This document shows, piece after piece, positions 15,001 through 23,936 of a stretch of 64,000 nucleotides of DNA. The stretch is from Amoebophrya sp. A120 (lineage: Eukaryota; Protista; Dinoflagellata). Location: contig CAJINV010000002.1 of assembly GCA_905178155.1 (NCBI GenBank), positions 3,663,838 through 3,727,837 on the forward strand, read 5' to 3'. Made by a program: the position numbers and the translations under genes. How positions within the stretch are numbered: position 1 is the first letter of the stretch; every line of letters begins with the position of its first letter. The notes under the pieces were generated by a model that did no database searches, had not been told where the DNA came from, and was given only the letters and a program-made list of their open reading frames with translations.

Positions 15001-18000
15001 ATCGACAGCGTTGAAATAATTTGCGATGCATAAAACGGATACCAGTTGGCGCCTAGTTTCTAAGTGACGCATGACAAATTCGGGTAGAGCCGAAATCCAG
15101 TTTCTAATGCTGTTTGGGTAAGGAAGACGCCTTTTGTTTCTACCCCGCAACAGGCTCACTGTCTGCCTGTCTTGCCTACTCTGCAAGACAGGCATTTTGT
15201 GGGTTGCATTTTATGCATGACAAACTATTTCATTTTCAACTTTGACGATTTCGATTCTGACGCTTCCATAGAACTCGGCGCGAAGAAAAGCGGCGCGAGG
15301 AGAAACGCCGGGAACAAGTAGAACAGGAGAAAGACAAGGAGAAGATATCCTGTGCAAAAGTCTCGTACTCGTATTGCAATCATGCATTACAAATTTTTTT
15401 CTCAAGGTAAATCCGCATTACAAATTTTATTTCTCATGCTGAGGAAATTTGTCATGTGCATTTATACGAGTGCGATACTTTTGCAGTGCATAGAAGAAGC
15501 GCGGAGGTGTCGATTTGTTGCCGCGCACGACGAGCAACCGGGACCAGGATCAAACCCGGAAGAAGTCCCGGTCTCGGTCGCGGAAGCGCACGGATCAACA
15601 CGGCTACCGCGACGACAAGCGTGAAAAGCGCGACGCGATCAACGACCGGCACAAGCGAGATGCGGAAAGAGCGAAGGAGAAGCTGCTCGAGGAGCAGGCC
15701 GCGGAGAAGAAAAAGTATGCATTGCAAAAGTATCGACGTACTAGTACAAAAATTGCAATACAAATTTCCTTAGCATGAGAAATGGAATTTGTCATGCGGA
15801 TTTGCCTGAATAAAAAGATTTGTAATGCAAGACTTGCATTCATACGAGAACGAGTACGATACTTTTGCAGAGGATAAAAAGATCGCTGCGTTGATCGAGA
15901 GTTTGAAACGGTGGGAGACGATATCCCGAGTAAAAACGTCCCCGCCCGCCCAGACTTGTCATGCAGATTTGCATCTACAGGAAAATTTGTAATGCGCATA
16001 ATCCACACGAGAACCATTTGTTGTAGTCGTGTTTTCTTGGCACCATAATTTGTAATGCGATACACCGGATAAGCAGGCGTCTTTGTGATGCGGCTCTCCT
16101 TGCTAAGCAGCACTACACTGCAGATGTTGTAAACTTGTGATGCATAACTCGCAAAGTTTGGAGATTTGTGTTGCAGAGGTCCCAACTTAATAACTCTCGG
16201 GTGGGGACGTTTTTACACAGGATAAACAAGCGAGCAGTCGCCGGAAGAGGCCAACGAGTTTCTGCGTTCCACGAAGACCTTATGAGAGTGCACAATTCAC
16301 CTTCCCCCTCATCTGTAATGCAAAATGCCAATTTCACACCTTGCTCATGAGCACCGCTAGCATGACAAATTTTGGAACTTCAAAGTCAAATAGTACTACA
16401 ATCTGTGCGCAGATTTGTCATGCGAAAGCCCCTCTCCTGCTGTTGCTTGTGTTGCTGTTCATGCTATACAAATGAGGGGGAAAGGGAGCTGTGCACTCTC
16501 ATAGACCTCGGACATTGTGAAGGTCGTGGGGGATACCAACACGGACAAAGTTCTCCGCGCCAAAGCGAGTACGGTCTTGACCCTAATGCTGACCACGGGG
16601 GTAAGCGGAGACAACTCCCCCAAGAAGGGGGAAGTAGGAGACAGTACTGCAGCGGCGGAGAAGAATATCGTACGAGAAAAGTGTTTCACTGTAAGGGTTT
16701 TGCAAGTTTTGCATCACAAGTGTGCTCTACATCACAGAGAAAATTTGCCATGCGAGATTCCTAAGGGACAACACAGCTACAAATCCATTGTCTTGCATGT
16801 GTAGCAAGACAAATACTTCTCAGATACACTTTCTGCATTACAAGTTTTCCAGTGAAGCAGCATTTTTTTCCTGTGATAAAGAAAGACGAGAAAAAAGACG
16901 ACGACGACCGCAAGGGAGAGATGAAACGGGACAACAAGAATCGGAAGACAAGTCGATCCCCAGTAGCACGCGATCGACGGGAGGACGTTCATAGGGAACG
17001 TCGTCGGTCCCGCGACCGTGATGCAGCTCGGGATAAGGAGAAGGACGCTAAAGTTCTTGCAGAACAAGCTCTGGTTGATGCTCCAGAATACCGGACGGTC
17101 CGCAGGCGGAAGCAACCGCACCCGCTCAGCGCCGGCGCCGTTTTTCGGGGCACGATCATTCAGTCATTTCCGAAATTCGGGTTCTGTCTGATCCAGATCC
17201 ACGGGAAAGAGCACTTAGCGATTTGGGCCCGCGTGGAAGATTTCCCCTGCATGGAGGTACAGTTTTTTCTCGGAACATAATTTGTCATGCAAACATAGGA
17301 AGAGAGGAAGAATTTGTGATGCAAAAGTACCCTTCACAAACAAACATAACAAAACAGGAGGACATGGTCTTACACAACCAATGCTTTTTCACCGTCTGCT
17401 ACACCGATCAAGGAATCTACACTGTATCCTGCTGTGTAAAAACGTCCCCAGCTCCGCAGAGTTGTCATGCAAATCTGCAAACCCAAAATATTACTTCTCA
17501 TGCGCAGCCCCATGAGCAGGTGCAGCTGCCGGACAACACGAAGTACAATGCTGTCCGGGACGAGTTTGTGATGCTGATATCCGGATGAGGTAGTCTATAT
17601 GTGATGCGGTTCAACTAAAGTGTAGCGAAATAGCCATCTTGACTCTGGAACGGTGGGAACAACGTTTTTGCACGCTTATACACTGCCAAGGGCATCCACG
17701 TGCTCCGGCACGAGGTACCCCCGGACCCGGACGAGCCCGAGCCCGAGTTGCTGTACGGCCTCCTCTCGGCGACTGAACCTTTGTACAAAGCCGGGGAATT
17801 GGGAAACAATGCAGCTGCGAACAACTTGAAGTTGTCAGACGACGAAAAAGAGGACGATGATCGTGACAAACACAAAAATGCCTTCGCCGGGTCGAGCAAA
17901 TTCACCTCAAAATCGTCCCTGCAAACCACAACCACCTCCGACCTAGTCGACAAAGACGTGGTACGGGGCGTGGGGACTACAGCGGCCAACGGGGCACCGT

Positions 18001-19756
18001 CTGCGCGTGGTGCGCACAGAAGCTCGATGGCGGGATCTGGTTTCCACAAGAGCCGGTCGGAGATTACGAGCAAGGACAGCGCTTCCTCCTCTTTGAACAA
18101 CCTCCCGCCGGCGATCGGGCGGGACAATACTGGAACAACTGGAAATAAGGATAATTACCGTGAGCGTGAACAGCATCAACATCGGGACCGAAACATGAAA
18201 CGGGATGTCCTCCCCCCACCGACTCCGGGGGGCGGTCGCGCCAATCACGGTGGATATATTAAAAGTAGTAGAGACCATGATCATCACTACAAGCGTGGCC
18301 ACCTCCGGGATGGCGACCGGAGTACGCGACATCGGGATCATTACAACAGCAAACGGGGGGATGACAATTACCACCACCGAGGGGAGCGGTCCACCCGAGT
18401 AGATGCGGATCATCACCTCCGCAGCGGGCAAACGACAAGTCGCAACCACGACCGATTTTTTAAGCGACGATCCCGGTCCCGGGATAAGGATCATCACAAG
18501 CGGGGCCGATCCCGCTCCGGGGGAAGAAGTCGTGCGGGAAGTGAGTGGTACAGTGGCCACGGCGCGGGCGCAGCATCGACTCGGCACAACGACTATAATC
18601 ACCGGTATGGAATGTGAGAATGCTTTTTCTTGCCTCCGAACTAGCACTGACATTTGTGTTGCATGACCTCCAGCTTGACACAACTAAATAGCGGAACATC
18701 GATTGCACATGCTGCAAAACCACCAGCAAGACAAATTTAGTCTATTGCAATTGCACTTGCAGAACGCAGTGGTACAGTTTCTTATCCTGTCAGACTGTCT
18801 CATGATGAACCTTTTTAACCTAGTACATGCATTCGCATGACAAACTGAGCGCAGCGGGGACGGACAAAACCAAAAGATATTTCTACTCCATACCAGCAGC
18901 CGCCGGCCTTCTACCGCGTTTTCTTCTCGCGGCGGCTCGAACTATCCACCCGGGCGCAACATGGTGTTGGACAACCGGGATAAACTGAAAACCGCCGCTG
19001 CTGCAACTTCTGGAGCTCTCGGCGGAGCTGTGGTGCGCGAGGGTGATCCAGATGTTCCGCCGCCCCCGCCGCCCCCTCCGGAGGAACCATTGCTGGACAG
19101 CATCACGGGCGAACCATAGGCAAGCGAAAATAAAGTGAATACAGTTTTTGCACATCGTAGTCTGTGTGCAGGACAAGCGACAGCACAGACGCCCTCTCTC
19201 ATGCCGGAAATGCTTGCGTTGTGCGTCGGTTCATACGCGTTTTCGACGCTTATGATCTTTGCATTGCAAATTTTTAGTTGCTACTTCGTCATGCCGAGTC
19301 TGTTTTATACCGAGCATGTTCAAACAAAGGTGTACTAACTGCAAAACTTTTTATTTGCTTGGATAACTCGCTGCTGCCAGCTGCACCGGAGACGAGCGGC
19401 CGCGGGCCGCTGTTGCAGCCGATCAACACGTATGAGATGCAAATATGTCTGGGTCTGGAAAGTTGTGATGCAGGTCACTGAATGATAGTACCCACACTGT
19501 AATGCGCCGCCAAGCATGACAAGTTTTTTCATGGCTCTGTTGGTTGCGTAATCCGCATGAGAAACTGCGTGACTGCATGACAGGCAAGAGGAGCTGTTGG
19601 TTGCCACGCAATACAGATCCCAGAGTCATGCCAGAATAGCATGACAAATTTCGCAATCTCCCAGACCCAGACCCAGACATATTTGCAAGCCATAACACGG
19701 CGGATATCGAGATTATCCGGAAAAGGATGGAAGTTGCGATGGCAAACCGGAGTTGA
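92..19756 (+). CDS. Giant multi-exon gene (5' end uncertain, may lie before the window): K/A/T/G-rich low-complexity N-terminus, three cold-shock/S1-like OB domains, R/D/H-rich C-terminus; putative RNA-binding protein
   Basis: Frame can be followed through 35 introners (remove element+5 nt) and GT-AG introns (1092-1254, 5406-5586, 9209-9279, 14346-14516, 17257-17357) to TGA 19754-19756; the junction at ~1360-1628 is unresolved. Spliced peptides: MRGHVGKFDMHKCDVMFI..LFGHITD..VEFILVRDELKPHRVKASRIKVL; YRGSIQRIMHKRDCFFI..DVFGHINEF..IVEYELRQDWKRPERVMAAHIKVI; FRGTIIQSFPKFGFCLI..IWARVEDF..CFFTVCYTDQGIYTAKGIHVL. These follow the CSD pattern G-x-V..GFI..DVFxH..VxF..AxxV. Could be two genes if 5406-5586 is not an intron. 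Confidence 0.75.
468..729. mobile_element. Introner family A
   Basis: TIR TATGCATTGCAAATATGTCTGGGTCTGGAA...TTCCAGACCCAGACATATTTGCAATTGATA; DR cgcgc/cgcgt. Confidence 0.92.
1092..1254 (+). other. Canonical GT-AG intron
   Basis: GTAGTA...CTACAG joins ORF 740 to the frame of ORF 1215. Confidence 0.65.
2177..2320. mobile_element. Introner family B
   Basis: TIR TAT..GCAAAAGTATCGTACT...AGTACGGTACTTTTGC..ATA; DR cttct/cttct. Confidence 0.9.
2387..2653. mobile_element. Introner family A (opposite orientation to 468)
   Basis: A-type TIRs; DR cgaaa/cgaaa. Confidence 0.92.
5406..5586 (+). other. Canonical GT-AG intron
   Basis: GTAGAA...CAACAG; AT-rich; phase-0 in-frame join. Confidence 0.65.
5800..6068. 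mobile_element. Introner family A
   Basis: A TIRs; DR gcacg/gcacg. Confidence 0.92.
6209..6466. mobile_element. Introner family A
   Basis: A TIRs; DR tgcag/tgcag. Confidence 0.92.
6725..6900. mobile_element. Introner family B
   Basis: TATGCATTGCAAAA...TTTTGCAATGCATA; DR gaagt/gaatt. Confidence 0.88.
7186..7448. mobile_element. Introner family A
   Basis: A TIRs; DR gcgga/gcgga. Confidence 0.92.
7495..7719. mobile_element. Introner family E
   Basis: TIR TATGACAGTGCACAGCTCCCCCTCCC...GGGAGGGGGAGTTGTGCGCTGTCATA; DR ttcgg/ttcgg. Confidence 0.9.
7790..7939. mobile_element. Introner family B
   Basis: B TIRs; DR gctgt/gctgc. Confidence 0.88.
7982..8244. mobile_element. Introner family A
   Basis: A TIRs (starts TAC); DR gatct/gatct. 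Confidence 0.9.
8546..8690. mobile_element. Introner family B
   Basis: B TIRs; DR ctttt/atttt. Confidence 0.88.
8766..9048. mobile_element. Introner family C
   Basis: TAT..GTGAAAAATGCCCCCACCCCAGAG...GTGGGGGCGTTTTTACACAGGATA; DR acctt/accct. Confidence 0.88.
9209..9279 (+). other. Canonical GT-AG intron
   Basis: GTACAG...TAACAG; AT-rich. Confidence 0.6.
9316..9674. mobile_element. Degenerate introner (unassigned family)
   Basis: TATGAA...TTCATA ends, weak IR; element+5 removal restores frame. Confidence 0.55.
9707..9973. mobile_element. Introner family C
   Basis: TATCCTGAGTAAAA...TTTTACTCAGGATA; DR agggg/agggt. Confidence 0.9.
10083..10237. mobile_element. Introner family B
   Basis: B TIRs; DR cacga/cgcga. 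Confidence 0.88.
10355..10622. mobile_element. Introner family A
   Basis: A TIRs; DR cgaag/cgaag. Confidence 0.9.
10668..10802. mobile_element. Introner family B
   Basis: B TIRs; DR ggcga/ggcga. Confidence 0.9.
11492..11753. mobile_element. Introner family A
   Basis: Perfect long TIR TATCAAATGTAAAAATGTCTGGGTCTGGAAGA; DR tccaa/tccaa. Confidence 0.93.
11809..12022. mobile_element. Introner family D
   Basis: TATCAC.G.AAAAAAGTG.TACAGTTACAC...GTGTAACTGTAACACTTTTTTCTCGTGATA; DR gtaac/gtaac. Confidence 0.9.
12077..12285. mobile_element. Introner family D
   Basis: D TIRs (AAAAAAACTGTGTAAGTGTAA); DR cgtcg/cgtcg. Confidence 0.9.
12402..12671. mobile_element. Introner family A
   Basis: A TIRs; DR gttcg/gttcg. 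Confidence 0.9.
12757..12965. mobile_element. Introner family D
   Basis: D TIRs (TGTTTCACTG/CAGTGAAACA); DR accga/accga. Confidence 0.9.
13115..13712. mobile_element. Introner family A carrying a nested insertion
   Basis: A TIRs, 598 bp versus the usual ~260; DR accgg/aacgg. Confidence 0.88.
13146..13489 (+). mobile_element. 5'-truncated non-LTR retroposon-like fragment nested in an introner
   Basis: Foreign ~345 bp: ORF tail (..RRLFRENKNLWRKMGRVLDRSVCWAVALG*, stop 13294), 3' UTR, (ATG)n microsatellite tail. Confidence 0.6.
13967..14256. mobile_element. Introner family C
   Basis: C TIRs; DR aaagg/tgagg. Confidence 0.87.
14346..14516 (+). other. Canonical GT-AG intron
   Basis: GTTTTT...CCCAG; removal completes CSD #2. 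Confidence 0.75.
14716..14936. mobile_element. Introner family E
   Basis: E TIRs (ends ACA); DR cattc/cattc. Confidence 0.87.
14980..15270. mobile_element. Introner family G
   Basis: TIR TATGGAAGCGTCAG.AT.GAAATCG...CGATTTCGATTCTGACGCTTCCATA; DR gaact/gaact. Confidence 0.9.
15346..15492. mobile_element. Introner family B
   Basis: B TIRs; DR gaaga/gaaga. Confidence 0.9.
15716..15876. mobile_element. Introner family B
   Basis: B TIRs; DR aaaag/aaaag. Confidence 0.9.
15922..16224. mobile_element. Introner family C
   Basis: C TIRs; DR gacga/aacaa. Confidence 0.87.
16281..16503. mobile_element. Introner family E
   Basis: TATGAGAGTGCACA...TGTGCACTCTCATA; DR gacct/gacct. Confidence 0.9.
16666..16878. 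mobile_element. Introner family D
   Basis: D TIRs; DR aagaa/aagaa. Confidence 0.9.
17257..17357 (+). other. Canonical GT-AG intron containing introner motifs
   Basis: GTACAG...AAACAG; removal completes CSD #3. Confidence 0.75.
17425..17680. mobile_element. Introner family C
   Basis: C TIRs; DR cactg/cactg. Confidence 0.87.
18606..18892. mobile_element. Degenerate introner
   Basis: TATGGA...TCCATA; DR decayed; element+5 removal restores frame. Confidence 0.65.
19117..19365. mobile_element. Degenerate introner
   Basis: IR TAGGCAAGCGAAAATAAAG / CTTTTTATTTGCTTGGATA; frame restored by element+5. Confidence 0.7.
19431..19694. mobile_element. Introner family A
   Basis: A TIRs; DR acacg/acacg. 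Confidence 0.9.
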
Positions 19757-21533
19757 GGGGAATTTGAAAACGACAATCAAGAATTGAGGTGAGGTATAGT
19801 TTAGTTCTTGGATGATGAACTGGATTTTCCTTTCTTATGGCGTATTCTAGTTGCATATATATAATTCTACCGTTGATCTTCCGTCCGGAAGATGAAGTCG
19901 CTGTCGCGCTGTACTTAAACGACACTGTAGAATTGAAAGTGTTTCAAAAGACAGTCGGCGGACGAAGATTGTATTGTATGTATTGACACGACGACCTTTC
20001 AGGTAGTACCTACTGTGTACAACTTTAGCCGGCGACGGGTACGAGGATGACGGTGGAAGTTGAAGCTTTATTCACAAATAAAGCTTTTCTGCACATCACG
20101 GAAGAAGAGACTACAACACGGAGACTTCGAAGGAGCAGAGCACTGCTCAACATGATCGGTTTTAGGGTTTTTACGGTTTCAGGTTTATCATGATATCAAA
20201 GTGTTATTCTTACAGTCAGTTTGTTTTTTCTACTTGGACGCTATGGCAGATTTTTCTCCGTCAGATACTACACGAGTTATTTGTCATAGCGTTCATGTAT
20301 TTTTTCCCTAACTACATTGCAAGAAGTTTTTGCCCGTCATATTACGTAGTGTCTTTTCCTTTTGCAAACGACCTTTATGAATTAAACTCCAGCTTTATCA
20401 AATTGAACTTCATCTTCGAGCACGATATTAAGTATTATCCACCGAGGGGTCATTTTCTTTCTGTACTGCTAAAACTCGGTGCTGACCAGTCGTGATCTTC
20501 ATCTTGTGTGGCACATTCACAACACAAATTTTGGAACTGTTTTAAAGAACTGCTTTACGGACAAAAAGGCTCATCTTTTCGCCTGCAGTTTCAAGCAGGA
20601 TCAACATTGCTGCATGCGGTGCCCGTCGTCGTATCTTCAATGCAACAACTGGTCCTCTCGCTTCGCCTAAAGGAAGCAGGTCCGTCAGCTGAAGGCTTGT
20701 TGCTGTTGTGTGATATTTTTGCCACAGCAGCAGCGCGCCCTGGGCTATATTAAAAAAATAAAAAACATTTTTTTTTCTGACTTGGGAGATATTATATTTC
20801 TACGTGCACTTGTTGTTGTTGTTTATCACGACGTATTTCTCCTCCGATATCTTTACCCAGAAGAGTGCAAGCCGAATTTCTGTTTGCGTCACCTGCTGTT
20901 GAATTTCTGCACAAAAAATTTTTTTAAGAACCAAAAAACTTGTAGCTTTTTGCTCAATCCTCTCAAGCTATGAATTCAGCAATGAGTTGATCATGTCTCT
21001 TGATGTTAGTACCAGAAACTTTTTGAAAGGGTGGTTAATTCATTCTATCGCTGCAAGTGCCCGTGATCGTCTGAGCATGTTGAGCAGATGTATTCACTAT
21101 GGCATGCTGCCCGCAGCCGCTTCCGATCCTCTCTGGTAAGTGCTTTGTTTTGTCAACTCTTCGCTTGATTCGATTTTTTCACCCGAGTTTTTCTCGACAT
21201 CGTGGTCACGAAATTTCGAGCATCTACCAAATCGCTTTTCGTTTCTCTTCGTACGTTGGTGGCAAACAATGATTTTTCCTTGTCGTTCTCGCATCACAAT
21301 CGCATCGCGCATTCGCATCCTACCGTCTTCATCGTGAAAATAGCCTGAATTTGTATTTATTTCGCAACTTCTTTTCCCCGCAGAGTGAATGTTTCAATAG
21401 TAATGAATGTATTATTCTAGTATGACCCATCTGCAGAGTGTTTTGTGGATCAAAAGGAACAAGCAAATTGGAAGACTAAAGTGCCGCGTGTGCAAGCCAG
21501 CGAACCTGCAGTGAGTTCCTTTCCTCGAACAAA

Positions 21534-22133
21534 ATGCCGTCCTCCGGTCTCTCGCACTTTCTGCAAACTTTGTCAACAACAGGACCTGAGTTTCCTGGCT
21601 ACATGACCAGTGGAGAAACCTCATCAAGCAATACACGCGCCAGCTTCTCCAACACTAGCTCAACCGCCACTTCGTTCTTCGACTCGGCTCTTTGGCCCCT
21701 TCAGACCAGTGGCACAAGTGCCAGACAATTGGCTCGAGGACGTAGTTTAGAACAAGGGGGTAGCACCACGAAGATGTTAGCGCCTCAAAATAGTTATCAC
21801 CACCCGCGCCATCCCAGTTGGACCCCGTCCTCTTTCCTCCCCAACGCATCCCAGCTGGACCAGATTATCAAGAAAACCAGGCAAGTTTTGGACAAGGCGG
21901 ACGAGGTAAACCTCCAACAGGCGCGGAACGTGGGGATCAAATCCGTGATGCAAACCGGGGCGGACTTGCTCGGCAACGTGGAGCAGGCGGCGCGGGCTTT
22001 CGAGGAGGATCTGCAGAACGCTTTGGTAGCGTACAAGGGGAACGTGCCGAACAGTGAGGCGGCCAGTGGGCTGGAAAAGTTGCAGAAGGCGCAAGTGACG
22101 ATGGACAAAATGATTCAAAAGTTGGATAAGTGA
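21534..22133 (+). CDS. Hypothetical protein with a helical/coiled-coil C-terminus (possibly the last exon of a gene starting upstream)
   Basis: 199-aa ORF with GC3-rich codons in its 3' half; possible upstream splice sites (GTAAGT ~21137, CCGCAG ~21383). Confidence 0.55.
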   Translation: MPSSGLSHFLQTLSTTGPEFPGYMTSGETSSSNTRASFSNTSSTATSFFDSALWPLQTSGTSARQLARGRSLEQGGSTTKMLAPQNSYHHPRHPSWTPSSFLPNASQLDQIIKKTRQVLDKADEVNLQQARNVGIKSVMQTGADLLGNVEQAARAFEEDLQNALVAYKGNVPNSEAASGLEKLQKAQVTMDKMIQKLDK

Positions 22134-23936
22134 AAGGATCAGGATGATAGATGAGGTTTCGCTGTTGGTTTTGAAACAAATACATGAGATGAACGATAGG
22201 TGTTTTTATCGAGGCTCGCTGGCGAATTTTTGTCACGGGCGAAGAACAAGAATGGAGTACTTTACAAATGAAAGTCAAAATGAAACACGACGAATTGCTG
22301 TGGTGACTGAGCAGTCCTTGCTCCGCGACGGTCTAGCGACGGTCTATGTTACATATGTCTGTTCAGTGTCATTTGAAGATACGCCTGTTTTTGTGTTAGA
22401 TGGTCGCCGAGCTTCTATCTATTTGTCACCCGCGTCGTTTGGTTGGTGGCGACAACCCCAGAAGAGGCGGCGAAGAATGGAGCCGATGCGCGCCTTTCGG
22501 GGGGGCCTTGTCGCGTTTTCGTCTTCGCGGCCTGCTGTTGCGTCGCGGCCGATGCAGCAACGCGCTGAGCCGGTTCGGAACGCTGACGCAGACCCGCGAC
22601 ATGATCACGCGGGAAGCGCTTAGGGCTTGCCCCAACTGTAGCGCCAACCTCGGGACCTCACCAGTTCCCTGCACTCTAGCCTGTACGACTATGGTGACCA
22701 AGCCCCCGCAGGCTATCTATGGCCCGGGGCGGTGTGTGTCGTGTCGGTGTTGTCTTTGCCTGCGAAGGGCCCGCGCGTCGCACTGGGAAGGGGCTGGGCC
22801 GGGCGCCCCTTCTCTGTCTGGGCGCCGAGGGTGGGGCTGGTACGGGCCGAGGTTGGGCGATCCTTTCGCCGCGGCGGTTTTGCCCCGCGAAAGGGCAAGC
22901 GCTGTTGGCCAAGACGAGGGAGATAAGTGGACGCAGCTATCCCATTGGGCAGCGCGCTGGGAAACAGAAAAAGCGGGAGCGCCTCCGCACCCGGGCCCCC
23001 CCCCCGCGCGCGTCGTCGGTTGGCCTACTCGGTGGCGGGCGGGCGGCGTGGCGATCGAGGCAGCGGACAGCCCAACAGAGTTGGCGCCGCCGGCCTGGCT
23101 CGGCGCAAGCGACTAAAAAACTGTCGTCCCTTGGTGCCGCGGCTGCCCCGCTCCGTCCGTCCCGCCCCGTCCATCGTTTTCGCCCCAAGCCCCGCCCTCC
23201 CCGCAGGGGGCGCCTGCCTGCGTGCTAGCCCCGTGGCTGGCAGGCCGGTGCATCGCACCGCGCGCCCGGGCCGGCGCGCGCTTCGGTCGCCCCACCCCTG
23301 CGCTCGTGGGGGTGCGCGCGACCGAGGGCGGGCCCAAGGAACGAGGCTAGCTCCGCCCGGCCCAGTCTACCAACCTAGCAGGCGCCCCCCCCCCCCCGCC
23401 CGTTTCCCGGGCGGCATCAACGGCGCCCGTGCCCAGCAGGGCCGGGCAGGTTTTCGTTGTTTGGTTGTGGAAAGTAAGGCTGTAAGCCTTTTGCCCGAAA
23501 CCGGACAAGGCTGGGAGGCGCCGAAGGCGAGCAAGGCGCGCAAGACTCGTCGGCCGCAGCCTCCGCAGCCGTTTCCGCCAAGCCGGTCGGGCCGCGTGTT
23601 GCCAACCATGGCATGAATCTGCCCGGCGGGCCATCTAATCATACCAGCGCAGCTGGCTTCAGCGATAGAAGCAGATAGTTCTCTCCGTCTCGCCTATGGG
23701 GGCCGTGATTCCGCTCTCATTGTGTTAGCCAATACGTGGGAGATTCGTGTTCCTATCTATCAAACTCGCGATCGTGCCAAGCGGCTTTCTGTCCTTCTCC
23801 GAACGGCGCCTGCCGCAAAGCGTTTTCGACGAAATATATTTGGTCAGGTGCTTGTCACAGATCCTGCTAAGTACCCCCTGTAACCGTAGCCCTGTAGTGA
23901 TTATCCATGAAGGGCATGTAGCACTGAAAAAAAAAA

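Noticed and set aside
22400-23642. Overlapping long ORFs in the GC-rich island
   Set aside because: R/P/G/A-rich, open in most frames because of GC content; no motifs. The same applies to 46680-47434.
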